From assembly GCA_964535825.1 (NCBI GenBank), contig CAZHUC010000004.1:6928-70927 (forward strand): a DNA stretch of 64,000 nt, read 5' to 3'. Source of the DNA: an uncultured Rickettsiales bacterium. GTDB lineage: Bacteria > Pseudomonadota > Alphaproteobacteria > Rickettsiales > SXRF01. Under the pieces are notes generated by a model that was not told where the DNA came from, ran no database searches, and was given only the letters and a program-made list of their open reading frames with translations. Positions 20,489-29,768 of the stretch are shown here, in pieces; the first letter of the stretch is position 1; each line of letters opens with the position of its first letter. The translations under genes were made by a program, and so were the position numbers.

Positions 20489-21184
20489 ATGCATTCCAGG
20501 GATGAATGGCAACATCATCGGCCGCTTGCCTCGTTTGGCAGGCGCAAAGGCCGCACCTTGCGCACAGGCAAGCAAACCTTGCTTGATACCTTGTTGCCAA
20601 AGCTGGAAATCACTTTGCTGGAAAATGGTAAGCTTGAGCCTGAGTCGTTATTTCCTCAGGCAAAACATGTCTGGCTTGAGATCGGCTTTGGTGGTGGGGA
20701 GCATTTGGCGCATCAGGCGGTATTATACCCCCATGCAGGTATCATCGGTTGTGAACCTTATATCAATGGTATTGGTGACCTGCTGAAGAAGATCAATACT
20801 CAGAAGATCCCAAATATTCGTATCTTTACGGATGATGCGCGCTTACTCATCGGGAAATTGCCGGATGCATCCCTTGAGAAGGTATTCATTCTATACCCCG
20901 ATCCATGGCCAAAGACACGTCATCATAAGCGCCGGTTGGTTTCAAAGGAAACGCTGGATATGCTGGCGCGGGTGATGAAAAAAGGGGCACAACTTCGCCT
21001 TGCCACCGACCATGCTGATTATGCCACATGGATGCTGGAACGACTGCTTGACCACCCGGATTTCATATGGGCAGCCCAAAGCAGCCATGATTGGAAAAGC
21101 CCGCCAAGCGACTGGGTAACAACGAGATACGAGCAAAAGCGCCTTGCAGGAACACCGACCTACCTGAATTTTATAAAGATTTAA
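20489..21184 (+). CDS. trmB: tRNA (guanine-N7)-methyltransferase
   Basis: 231 aa with LEIGFGGGEHL and FILYPDPWPKTRHHKRR. Confidence 0.88.
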   Translation: MHSRDEWQHHRPLASFGRRKGRTLRTGKQTLLDTLLPKLEITLLENGKLEPESLFPQAKHVWLEIGFGGGEHLAHQAVLYPHAGIIGCEPYINGIGDLLKKINTQKIPNIRIFTDDARLLIGKLPDASLEKVFILYPDPWPKTRHHKRRLVSKETLDMLARVMKKGAQLRLATDHADYATWMLERLLDHPDFIWAAQSSHDWKSPPSDWVTTRYEQKRLAGTPTYLNFIKI

Positions 21185-21244
21185 TTTCTATTAAGTATAA
21201 TCATCTCTAAACAAACAAGAACAGCAGGTAACAACAGGTGTTTT

Positions 21245-21931
21245 GTGGCTGAGAAAAAAAGATATTCCAAAGAAAGAATATGGAAAATAGGGCAGGGCAA
21301 CGCTGCTTTGGATATGCGTTTGTATATTGGCAAAGGCTATAATGGATCGCCGCATATCGAGTTTGAAGTCAGAGGAGCACTACATCCTTATCTTCGTGGC
21401 TTGGATAGACCTATTCAATATCTTGGTGATGAAACAAAGAATCCTGCATTGCTACCGGTAGTAAAATTTCTGACTCAGGAATTTCAGATGATTCTTGAGA
21501 AGGAATTGGCATCGACAGGTTATATCCTTGCAGGAAAAAGCAACGCTGAAGATATGGCGGTGCACACCAGCCCCGATGGCTACAGCACGCATGCAGAGAT
21601 TCAAAAAAAAGAAAGTGCGTTAGGTATATTGCTTCCAAATATCAGCGATAAAAAGCTGGACAAATTATTTGCTGCACTGGAAAAAAGGATTGAACATGTT
21701 ATCCCTGCGGCAGTTGCGGAAATAGAAAGAAACAAGCATCTCCAGCCAGATGAGAATGTACCAGATGATGTAAGAAAAGAAGTGATAAAAAATGTTTTTC
21801 GGGCACAGTATAGTGCTTCTGATGAGGCGCAGCAGGCAACAAAAGGCAAAAGTGGGCAGTGGGTTGAAGGTTTGAACCAGATGCGCCAGGAGAATGATGA
21901 ACCAGACCAGGGCAAGCACCGCTGGAATTAG
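21245..21931 (+). CDS. Hypothetical protein (orphan)
   Basis: 228-aa ORF with a GTG start, visibly A-rich and charged. No recognisable domain. It fills the gap between trmB and metZ and overlaps the metZ stop by 4 nt. Confidence 0.5.
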   Translation: MAEKKRYSKERIWKIGQGNAALDMRLYIGKGYNGSPHIEFEVRGALHPYLRGLDRPIQYLGDETKNPALLPVVKFLTQEFQMILEKELASTGYILAGKSNAEDMAVHTSPDGYSTHAEIQKKESALGILLPNISDKKLDKLFAALEKRIEHVIPAAVAEIERNKHLQPDENVPDDVRKEVIKNVFRAQYSASDEAQQATKGKSGQWVEGLNQMRQENDEPDQGKHRWN

Positions 21932-23124
21932 GCTTTAAGTGCGGCGAGTATATCTGCCTCTAAATCTTTTATATCTTCAATGCCAATGGATAAGCGAACT
22001 AATCCGTCCGTGATGCCATGTGCTTTGCGCTCTGCGGCACTGATGCTGGAATGGGTGGTTGAAGCAGGGTGTGTGGCAAGGCTTTTGGCATTGCCAAGAT
22101 TGTTGGAGATGTCAAAGACACGCAGTGCATTCATGAATTTAAAGGCGGCTTTCTTGCCGCCCTTAAGCTCAATAGCGATAAGTGAACCGCCTGATGACAT
22201 CTGCCTCTTTGCCAGCGCATATTGCGGATGGCTTTTTAAGTGTGGATACCCCACATGGGTAACTTTTGGATGCTTAGCAAGCACATTTGCCAGTTGAGCC
22301 GCATTGCAGGAATGGCGCTCTAAACGAAGTGGCAAAGTTTCTAAACTTTTCAGTATCACCCATGCATTGAAGGGGCTCATATGCGGGCCAGTATGGCGTA
22401 CGAACGGTGTAAGTACGTCTTCAATAAATTTCTTTTTGCCAAGGATAGCGCCACCAAGCGTACGGCCCTGACCATCCAGATGTTTAGTGGTCGAATAGAT
22501 GACCACATCTGCACCCAGCTCCAGCGGCATTTGTATCGGCGGTGGCGCAAACACATTATCTACAATGAGCTGGGCTTTGGCTTTTTTGCACAGCTTGCTG
22601 ACCGCAGCGATATCTACGAGACCCAGTGTAGGGTTAGCCGGTGATTCCAGAAATACACAGGTTGTTTTTGGCATAATGGCTTTTTCCCACGCCTTGATAT
22701 TTGCACCATCCACTAGCGTGTACGTGATGCCAAAACGTGGTAGCACCTGTGTGATGATATAATGGCATGAACTGAACATGACGCGCGCGGCCACCACATG
22801 GTCGCCTGCTTTAAGCTGGCACATCAGCGCAGCAAACACGGCGGCCATGCCAGATGCTGTAACAACGCATGCGTCTGCGCCTTCCATCAGGCAGAGGCGT
22901 TCTTGCAGCATTTCGAGGTTCGGGTGGGAATAACGGCCATATTTAAAACCCTCATCCGTGCCGGCAAAGCGTGCCTCGCCCTGTTCGGCCGACTCGTAAG
23001 AGTATGAGGAATTAAGGAATAATGCCTCGGATGTCTCGCCAAACGGGCTTTGCAGGCGGCCGCCGCGCACAAGGCGTGTTGCCAGTTGCCAGTTCTTTGG
23101 ATTTGCCGTATTTTTGCGCTTCAT
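21928..23124 (-). CDS. metZ: O-succinylhomoserine sulfhydrylase / Cys-Met-metabolism PLP enzyme
   Basis: ATRLVRGG...SPFGETSEALFLNSSY...YSTTKHLDGQG (PLP-Lys). The start is taken at the ATG at 23124. Confidence 0.85.
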   Translation of the reverse strand: MKRKNTANPKNWQLATRLVRGGRLQSPFGETSEALFLNSSYSYESAEQGEARFAGTDEGFKYGRYSHPNLEMLQERLCLMEGADACVVTASGMAAVFAALMCQLKAGDHVVAARVMFSSCHYIITQVLPRFGITYTLVDGANIKAWEKAIMPKTTCVFLESPANPTLGLVDIAAVSKLCKKAKAQLIVDNVFAPPPIQMPLELGADVVIYSTTKHLDGQGRTLGGAILGKKKFIEDVLTPFVRHTGPHMSPFNAWVILKSLETLPLRLERHSCNAAQLANVLAKHPKVTHVGYPHLKSHPQYALAKRQMSSGGSLIAIELKGGKKAAFKFMNALRVFDISNNLGNAKSLATHPASTTHSSISAAERKAHGITDGLVRLSIGIEDIKDLEADILAALKA

Positions 23125-23146
23125 AGCCTTAACATAAGGGATTTTT

Positions 23147-23530
23147 ATGCTGGATGTCACGGCGTTTTTTGCAGGGTTGATGGGGCTGATGCTGGTTATC
23201 CTGTCGGTAAATGTGATCGTTGACCGCTACCGTTACCGGGTGTCGCTTGGTGATGGCGGGCATAAGGACACGGGTCGTAAGATACGGGCACAGGCCAATT
23301 TTGCCGAATATGTGCCGCTGGCATTGATTCTGATGGGGGTGGCAGAAATCCAGGGGGTATCTGCCGATTTCCTTAAAGTGATGGGCTGGCTTCTGGTGGC
23401 TGGCAGGATATCCCATGCCTTCAGCCTGATGTATTACGAAGTGAAGATAGGCAAGATCCTTTTTCGCCAGATGGGGATGGCGGCCACGTTCACGGTTATC
23501 ATTTTAATGTCTCTGGGTTTATTGTTCTGA
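23147..23530 (+). CDS. MAPEG family membrane protein (YecN-like)
   Basis: 127 aa with 3-4 TM segments and RAQANFAEYVPLAL. Confidence 0.7.
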   Translation: MLDVTAFFAGLMGLMLVILSVNVIVDRYRYRVSLGDGGHKDTGRKIRAQANFAEYVPLALILMGVAEIQGVSADFLKVMGWLLVAGRISHAFSLMYYEVKIGKILFRQMGMAATFTVIILMSLGLLF

Positions 23531-23531
23531 C

Positions 23532-24206
23532 ATGTTCGGTAAGAATCCCATAAGGCCGCCGGTTGCAGGCGATGGACAGATACTGGAAGTGCAATCCGTA
23601 TTTGCCACCCTGCAAGGGGAAGGGCCGTATACAGGTGTGCCGTCTGTTTTTATTCGGCTGGGTGGATGTAATCTTGCCTGCACATTCTGTGATACAGAAT
23701 TCGAGACCTATACTTCCACAGCACTGGATGCCTTGCTAGCCGATGTTGATGCCAAAGCGACTGAGAAAGATATACGCGTCAGGCATCTAATCGTGATCAC
23801 GGGGGGTGAACCGCTGCGCCAGAACATTACTCCGTTGTGTGAAGCACTGATAGCGCGCGGATTCAAAATCCAGATCGAAACGAATGGTACATTGTACCGA
23901 CCATTGCCTGATGCAGTGGAGATCGTTTGCTCACCCAAAAATACAGGGCAGGGGTATTTCCCGATACGCGAAGACCTGCTGAAGCGGATTAATGCACTCA
24001 AATTCATTATCTCCAAATCAAATACCCAGTATGGGTATGTTCCTGATGTGGGGCAGGCAGCGCATTCCATACCTGTGTACATACAGCCTATGGATGAATA
24101 TAACGAAACCCGCAACGCAGAGAACCTTGCCTTTGCCAAGGAGCTTGCAATGAGCCAAGGCTATCGTCTTTCACTCCAGACACACAAGATACTGGGGATC
24201 GAATGA
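23532..24206 (+). CDS. queE: 7-carboxy-7-deazaguanine synthase (radical SAM)
   Basis: 224 aa with [32 protein letters not shown]. Confidence 0.85.
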   Translation: MFGKNPIRPPVAGDGQILEVQSVFATLQGEGPYTGVPSVFIRLGGCNLACTFCDTEFETYTSTALDALLADVDAKATEKDIRVRHLIVITGGEPLRQNITPLCEALIARGFKIQIETNGTLYRPLPDAVEIVCSPKNTGQGYFPIREDLLKRINALKFIISKSNTQYGYVPDVGQAAHSIPVYIQPMDEYNETRNAENLAFAKELAMSQGYRLSLQTHKILGIE

Positions 24207-24895
24207 CAAAAAAGGCGGTGCTCTTACTTTCCGGCGGTCTTGATTCCACCACCACACTGGCCATCGCGCAGGCGCAGGGATTTACTGTGTATGCCATGTC
24301 TTTCGCCTATGGTCAGCGTCATAAACATGAGCTTGATGCAGCTTCGCGGATCGCAAAGAAATATGGTGTGAAGGAACATCGTATCGTTACCATTGACCTC
24401 TCGGCATTTGGTGGCTCGGCTCTCACGGATGACGCGATATCTGTACCTAAAAACAGGCCGGTAGATGCAGCGAAAGATATTCCGGTAACCTATGTGCCGG
24501 CGCGCAATACCATATTCTTATCGTTCGCACTCGCATGGGCAGAAGTGCTGGGAGCATATGATATATTCATTGGCGTGAACGCACTGGATTACAGCGGCTA
24601 TCCTGATTGCCGGCCAGCGTTCATAGAAGCTTTCGAGAAAACAGCAAACCTTGCGACAGCAGCAGGCGTTAAAGATAAAGCGCAACATCTGACGATCCAT
24701 ACACCACTCATTGCGATGAGCAAGGAAGAGATCATCAAAAAAGGACTGTCGCTTGGTGTGGATTATGGCCTGACCACAAGCTGCTATGACCCAACAGCGG
24801 ATGGCAAAGCCTGTGGGCATTGCGACGCGTGCCAGCTGAGACTCAAAGGCTTTGCACAGAATAAAATGACTGATCCGGCGGAATATTCAATATGA
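24203..24895 (+). CDS. queC: 7-cyano-7-deazaguanine synthase
   Basis: 230 aa with the [12 protein letters not shown]-loop and the C-terminal [10 protein letters not shown] zinc motif. ATGA overlap with queE. Confidence 0.93.
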   Translation: MTKKAVLLLSGGLDSTTTLAIAQAQGFTVYAMSFAYGQRHKHELDAASRIAKKYGVKEHRIVTIDLSAFGGSALTDDAISVPKNRPVDAAKDIPVTYVPARNTIFLSFALAWAEVLGAYDIFIGVNALDYSGYPDCRPAFIEAFEKTANLATAAGVKDKAQHLTIHTPLIAMSKEEIIKKGLSLGVDYGLTTSCYDPTADGKACGHCDACQLRLKGFAQNKMTDPAEYSI

Positions 24896-25446
24896 CCGTA
24901 TGGATCATGCATTTGCCACTTACTGAAGCCGAAGAACAGGCATTGAAGCAGCGCGACTATCTGCCGCTGCCATTTAAGGATATTCCAAATCTTTTGCCTC
25001 TGCAGAATAGTTGGGATTTTCGTCGCCTGCTATCTGCACAAAATGTGGATATGCCACCGGAAAGTATTGAGCGGCTGCATGATCGTGTGTGGAAGATATA
25101 TACCGAACTTCGCGCGGAAGATGTCATTATCGTGCCGCTGAAGCACAAGCGCGTAGTGGCTGTGGCGGAGCTCTCAGGCGGGTATCATTATGATACAGAG
25201 TCGGCGGATGAGCCGCACCGTATTTCAGTAAAATGGCAGGAAAAAGAGATCCCGTTCATCAAATTCAGGCTGCATAAGGCTCTGCTGGAGAGTAGTGACT
25301 GGTCCATCACTGAAGTAAAGGATGCGTCCGCACGCGCTATTGTACAGGCAAGTTTGCCTTATAAATATAATAGATTCTCGGGTTTGAAATGGATCGTGCT
25401 GATCTATACAGCATTCCAGCTAATAAGAGTGCTCATGCACAAATAG
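24892..25446 (+). CDS. Hypothetical protein, C-terminally membrane-anchored
   Basis: 184-aa ORF coupled to queC by an ATGA overlap. C-terminal hydrophobic helix [17 protein letters not shown]. No recognised domain. Confidence 0.5.
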   Translation: MTVWIMHLPLTEAEEQALKQRDYLPLPFKDIPNLLPLQNSWDFRRLLSAQNVDMPPESIERLHDRVWKIYTELRAEDVIIVPLKHKRVVAVAELSGGYHYDTESADEPHRISVKWQEKEIPFIKFRLHKALLESSDWSITEVKDASARAIVQASLPYKYNRFSGLKWIVLIYTAFQLIRVLMHK

Positions 25447-25450
25447 GGAA

Positions 25451-25669
25451 TTAGTGGATATAAACCGGGTCGAGGTCATGCTGCTTGGCAGCGAACCATG
25501 CGGCATCTTTGGAAGAGAAAAGGGCTAATTGCGTGCCATCAGAGCTGCAAACAGCATATTCAATGCCTTGTTCTGTGGTAACAGGGCGGACATAGGCAAC
25601 AGGGGATGAACCCACCATTACGGATTCAAAATCAGTGAGATAGCTGTCATCATTGTTGTAGGAATTCAT
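25451..25669 (-). CDS. DUF1150 family protein
   Basis: 72 aa. The pattern ...AYVRPV...G..YAV...DG..LA...A...A......VYIH matches the small alpha-proteobacterial DUF1150 family (from memory). Confidence 0.6.
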   Translation of the reverse strand: MNSYNNDDSYLTDFESVMVGSSPVAYVRPVTTEQGIEYAVCSSDGTQLALFSSKDAAWFAAKQHDLDPVYIH

Positions 25670-25796
25670 CTATTTCTCCGCTCTATAAAAGTAATCTACC
25701 ACAGAAGATAGGTCTTGTGTGTTAAAATTCAATGACAGGATTGTGAATTATCTGTGAAATTTTTATGACACGAAAAGAAAGTGCTTGCTTTGTATC

Positions 25797-26447
25797 TTAA
25801 CTGCGGTTGCGCGGCTTGCGTGGATCACGCCAGATGAATAATTCCTTATCGATCTTTTTGCCGAATTCTGCATTGCTGAGTGCAACACTGGTGATCTGAT
25901 TGGTGGCATCAGTGATCACCATATTGCGGATGAGCAGTGGTGATTTTGTGAACTCAAGCAGTAGCTGGCCTTCCGTTGGCTTTTTGCGTTCTGCTATAGA
26001 TATGCGGATAACGCCTTCCTTGTCTTCGAGCGAAAGTATGCCTACATCATCGCCGAATTTGATCTTCTCGCGTGACATAAAACTGATGATGGAATCATTC
26101 AGCGGAATATGGTTCACCTGTTCCAGCTCGTAATCATAGAACACGAGCTCGATACCATTTGCCACCATCAGGATCGGGGTGGGCGGGTTATATTGCCAGC
26201 GCATCTTGCCCGGCCGCTCCATGTAGAATTTACCGGAGGTCAGTGTGCCATCAGGTGCGACCTGATTGAAGTTCGCCACGATGGAGTTGAGGCTGGTGAG
26301 ATAGGCCTCGATGTTAGCAATGAGGGTTTTATTCTTTTCAATCTCTTCTGCACTGATGAAAGAAACGGCAGGTTTATCTGCCGCCATCAATGGTGGTGCG
26401 CAGCAGATACTTAGCAGGATACATGTAGCCGTGAGTAATTTTCTCAT
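25797..26447 (-). CDS. lolA: Outer-membrane lipoprotein carrier protein
   Basis: 216 aa with a signal peptide. FNQVAPDGTLTSGKFYMERPGKMRWQY is the LolA core. Immediately downstream of ftsK, as in many proteobacteria. Confidence 0.75.
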   Translation of the reverse strand: MRKLLTATCILLSICCAPPLMAADKPAVSFISAEEIEKNKTLIANIEAYLTSLNSIVANFNQVAPDGTLTSGKFYMERPGKMRWQYNPPTPILMVANGIELVFYDYELEQVNHIPLNDSIISFMSREKIKFGDDVGILSLEDKEGVIRISIAERKKPTEGQLLLEFTKSPLLIRNMVITDATNQITSVALSNAEFGKKIDKELFIWRDPRKPRNRS

Positions 26448-28807
26448 GAATCCTCGCGCACCAGCACTTCGCGTTTGCCCACATGATTTGCAGGGCCGAC
26501 GATGCCTTCACGCTCCATTTGCTCAATGATGCTGGCTGCACGGTTATACCCGATCTTCAGGCAGCGCTGGATATAGCTGGTTGAGGCCTTGCGGTCACGG
26601 CTGACAATGGAAACCGCCTGATCGTACAGCTCATCCTTCTCACCGCCATCACCACTGAACATGTCTTCTTGTTCTTCATCACGGGTGACATCTTCAATAT
26701 AGGTAGGCACACCTTGTTCTTTCAGATGGTCAACAATTTGCTCGACTTCTTTGTCGGATATGAATGGACCATGCACACGGGTGATGCGACCACCACCAGC
26801 CATATATAACATATCACCCTGACCCAGCAGTTGTTCTGCGCCCTGATCGCCAAGAATGGTGCGCGAATCGATACGGCTGGTCACCTGGAAGCTGATACGG
26901 GTAGGGAAGTTGGCTTTGATAACGCCGGTGATGACATCCACCGAAGGACGTTGTGTCGCCATGATGATATGGATACCAGCAGCACGCGCCATCTGCGCCA
27001 AGCGCTGGATAGAGCCTTCAATTTCTTTGCCGGCCACGATCATCAGGTCGGCCATTTCGTCCACGATTACCACGATGAATGGCAGTGCTTCCATTTCCAA
27101 AGGTACTTCTTCGATAATGGCTTCGCCCGTTTCCGGATCAAAGCCGGTCTGCACCGTGCGGGTAAGCTGGTGACCTTTGGCTTTGGCTTCATGGATCTTC
27201 TTGTTGTACCCGTCGATATTGCGCACGCTGAGATTGCTCATCATGCGGTAACGGTTCTCCATTTCCTTCACTGTCCATTTCAGGGCGACCACCGCTTTGC
27301 CCGGCTCAGTCACCACAGGGGTGAGCAGGTGGGGGATGCCATCATAAATGGAAAGTTCGAGCATCTTGGGATCGATCATGATGAACTTACATTCATCAGG
27401 TGTGAGGCGGTAGAGCAGGGACGCGATCATGGTATTGACCGCAACGGATTTACCCGAGCCGGTCGTACCTGCCACCAACAAATGAGGCATGCGTGCAAGG
27501 TCTACTATAATGGGTGCACCGCCAATGTCCTTGCCGAGTGCCATAGGTAGTTTTGCATCGGTTGAATCGAAGGCATCATTTTCCAGCATCTCGCGGAAAT
27601 AAACTGTCTCACGGTTGATGTTCGGTAATTCGATGCCGATCGCATTGCGGCCGGGGATAACGGCGATACGCGCCGATACCGCACTCATAGAGCGAGCAAT
27701 ATCATCGGACAGGCCAACCACACGCGATGATTTTGTGCCCGGTGACGGCTCGAGTTCATACAGCGTTACTACAGGGCCGGGGCGAATCTCGACGATGTTC
27801 CCATGCACACCAAAATCCTGCAGCACGCTTTCCAGCAATTTTGCATTTTGTGTTAGCGCGGATTCTGACAACTGGTTCTTGCGGCTTTTCGGTGGCGGGG
27901 TCAGTAATTTTATCGGTGGCAGTTCAAAGTCACCCTTAGGTAAGGCCAGCGCAGATTGTCCGCGCGCAGATTTTGCTGACCTTTCCATGGTCGGCATATT
28001 GCTTTTTTTGCTTACGCGAGGTTGTGGCTTCTCTTCATCCTCGATGTATTCTTCATATTCGTCTTCGTCTTCATCATCGTCATCTTCGTCATCATATTCA
28101 GCGTACTCATCATCACGACGCCAGAACATGATCTTCCCCATGAGAGACTGAAATAAAGAAGGCTCATCATACTCGGTGACGATAGTCTGTTGGCGACGGC
28201 GCGGCAGCAATGCGACCAACACGGTGCATACGGCCAGCACGCCATGTTTCGCGGTACGGATAATGGACTTCCACTCCGACCAGCTCATGCCGAATGCCAG
28301 TGAGATCATCACGATGGATACAAAACCCGTCATGCTGACAAAGAATGGGTTTTTAAAGAGCTTGTAGAAAGATTCCTGAATGATCGCACCTATTGAACCA
28401 CCAAATCCGCTGGTCACTGGCCAGGCGAGAGGAGGTTCGATGAGTGCCAACAAAGCTGAGCAACTAACTAGTGATGTCATCAGCAGTGTGAATCTCAGCC
28501 AAAGGAACGATACGGTCTGGCCGCGCAATAATTTTGTGCCCCAAGCAAATGGTACTAAGACCAGGAGTGCCGAAGCCATACCCAGAAGCTGCAAGCACAG
28601 GTCAGCGATCAGTGCGCCGGTGTAGCCACCAGTATTTTCGATCTGGTCAGCAGTGGCACGATTGAAAGAAGGATCAGCCTGATTATAGCTGATGAGGCAT
28701 ACGAATAAAAAAACAGAGACTATACAAAGCGATATACCCGCCAATGTTTTAAGTGGGGTGCGGTTGCTCTGCGATTTTGGCTGTCTTAAGATAGGTTTTT
28801 GTGCCAT
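26444..28807 (-). CDS. ftsK: DNA translocase FtsK
   Basis: N-terminal TM domain, acidic linker, motor domain (HLLVAGTTGSGKS, VVIVDEMADL, ATQRPSVDVITG) and a gamma winged helix (STSYIQRCLKIGYNRAA). The start is taken at the ATG at 28807. Confidence 0.93.
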   Translation of the reverse strand: MAQKPILRQPKSQSNRTPLKTLAGISLCIVSVFLFVCLISYNQADPSFNRATADQIENTGGYTGALIADLCLQLLGMASALLVLVPFAWGTKLLRGQTVSFLWLRFTLLMTSLVSCSALLALIEPPLAWPVTSGFGGSIGAIIQESFYKLFKNPFFVSMTGFVSIVMISLAFGMSWSEWKSIIRTAKHGVLAVCTVLVALLPRRRQQTIVTEYDEPSLFQSLMGKIMFWRRDDEYAEYDDEDDDDEDEDEYEEYIEDEEKPQPRVSKKSNMPTMERSAKSARGQSALALPKGDFELPPIKLLTPPPKSRKNQLSESALTQNAKLLESVLQDFGVHGNIVEIRPGPVVTLYELEPSPGTKSSRVVGLSDDIARSMSAVSARIAVIPGRNAIGIELPNINRETVYFREMLENDAFDSTDAKLPMALGKDIGGAPIIVDLARMPHLLVAGTTGSGKSVAVNTMIASLLYRLTPDECKFIMIDPKMLELSIYDGIPHLLTPVVTEPGKAVVALKWTVKEMENRYRMMSNLSVRNIDGYNKKIHEAKAKGHQLTRTVQTGFDPETGEAIIEEVPLEMEALPFIVVIVDEMADLMIVAGKEIEGSIQRLAQMARAAGIHIIMATQRPSVDVITGVIKANFPTRISFQVTSRIDSRTILGDQGAEQLLGQGDMLYMAGGGRITRVHGPFISDKEVEQIVDHLKEQGVPTYIEDVTRDEEQEDMFSGDGGEKDELYDQAVSIVSRDRKASTSYIQRCLKIGYNRAASIIEQMEREGIVGPANHVGKREVLVREDS

Positions 28808-28926
28808 AGCTTCTACATGTGGTATGATACTCGTATGAATAGCAGAAAATAATGTGTTATGAAAAGAGTTTGTTAATAAAAAACAGTCTTTACAGAACAT
28901 TTACTTTATTTTTCTAAAAAAGAAGT

Positions 28927-29565
28927 ATGAATCTAGAAAAAAGAGCACTACGGCAACAGTACAAAACCAGTTACCTGCTCAAAAATATTATGAAATCCTC
29001 TGAAGAGAAGGATCAGGTAAGTATTGGTGAGTTCATATCTGCATTGGGAGATCGCAGCTTTTGTCTTGCCATCTTGGTATTTTCCCTGCCTAATTCGCTG
29101 CCAGTGCCGGGTATACCAGGGTTCTCGACCATTACTGGGTTGCCGATAACATTCATCGCCATGCAGATGGTGCTGGGGCGTAAGTCACTCTGGCTTCCTA
29201 AAAATATTGCCGCGAAGAAATTCTCCAGCCGTAGCCTTGCGAAAATGCTATCCAAAGCCATTCCGACGGTGGAGCGTCTCGAAAAATTACTGAAGCCACG
29301 CTGGCTGCCGATCACATCGCCTGCCGGTGAGTGTGTCCTGGGGTTGCTCATGGTGGTGCTGTCACTGATCATCGCCCTGCCTATCCCCGGCGGTAATTTC
29401 CTCCCCGGCCTGTCCATGTCGCTCATCGCGCTTGGGATGCTGGAACGCGACGGTATTTTTCTGATGGGCGCAGTGTTCTTTGCGGTGGGTAGTATCACCT
29501 TCATGTACCAGATCATCGTCGGGTTCTTTACATGGATCGGGGAGCAGTTAGCCAAGCTCTTTTAA
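28927..29565 (+). CDS. exoD: Exopolysaccharide synthesis ExoD family membrane protein
   Basis: 212 aa with LGDRSFCLAILVFSLPNSLPVPGIPGFSTITGLP, typical of ExoD. Confidence 0.75.
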   Translation: MNLEKRALRQQYKTSYLLKNIMKSSEEKDQVSIGEFISALGDRSFCLAILVFSLPNSLPVPGIPGFSTITGLPITFIAMQMVLGRKSLWLPKNIAAKKFSSRSLAKMLSKAIPTVERLEKLLKPRWLPITSPAGECVLGLLMVVLSLIIALPIPGGNFLPGLSMSLIALGMLERDGIFLMGAVFFAVGSITFMYQIIVGFFTWIGEQLAKLF

Positions 29566-29600
29566 GGCTTGCAGAGATGTTTTCCTTCAACCATAATCTG

Positions 29601-29697
29601 CCGAGGCTGGTGGCGGGCGTTGGCCGCTGCAAACCCGGTCAGGTCCGAAAGGAAGCAGCCGTAGCAATGTGCTTACGGGTCGCCACCAGTCACTTTT
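29601..29697 (+). ncRNA. ffs: Signal recognition particle RNA (4.5S, small bacterial type)
   Basis: ggtcaggtccgaaaggaagcagcc matches the universal domain-IV motif GGUCAGGUCCGGAAGGAAGCAGCC, with a GAAA tetraloop in place of GGAA. The closing helix pairs ctggtggcg (29607-29615) with cgccaccag (29681-29689). Located upstream of dnaX. The ends are approximate. Confidence 0.85.
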
Positions 29698-29768
29698 CTA
29701 CTATGCTGGCCATTTGCTTCCTCGCATCCGGCTCAGCCTAGCGAAAATTACACTCTATAGAAGCACAC

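Noticed and set aside
28020-28130. GAT/GAA/GAC-rich repetitive stretch, considered as a tandem repeat or spacer-repeat array.
   Set aside because: On the minus strand it encodes the acidic linker of FtsK (DDEYAEYDDEDDDDEDEDEYEEYIEDEE). It is coding low complexity, not a repeat element.
29717-29744. 28-nt similarity between the dnaX upstream region (cttcctcgcatccggctcagcctagcga) and 59484-59511 (tttcttcgtatgcggctaagcctagcga), considered as a repeated regulatory or REP-like element.
   Set aside because: The match is 23 of 28. A rough estimate for all position pairs on both strands of a 64-kb window predicts about one such match by chance.
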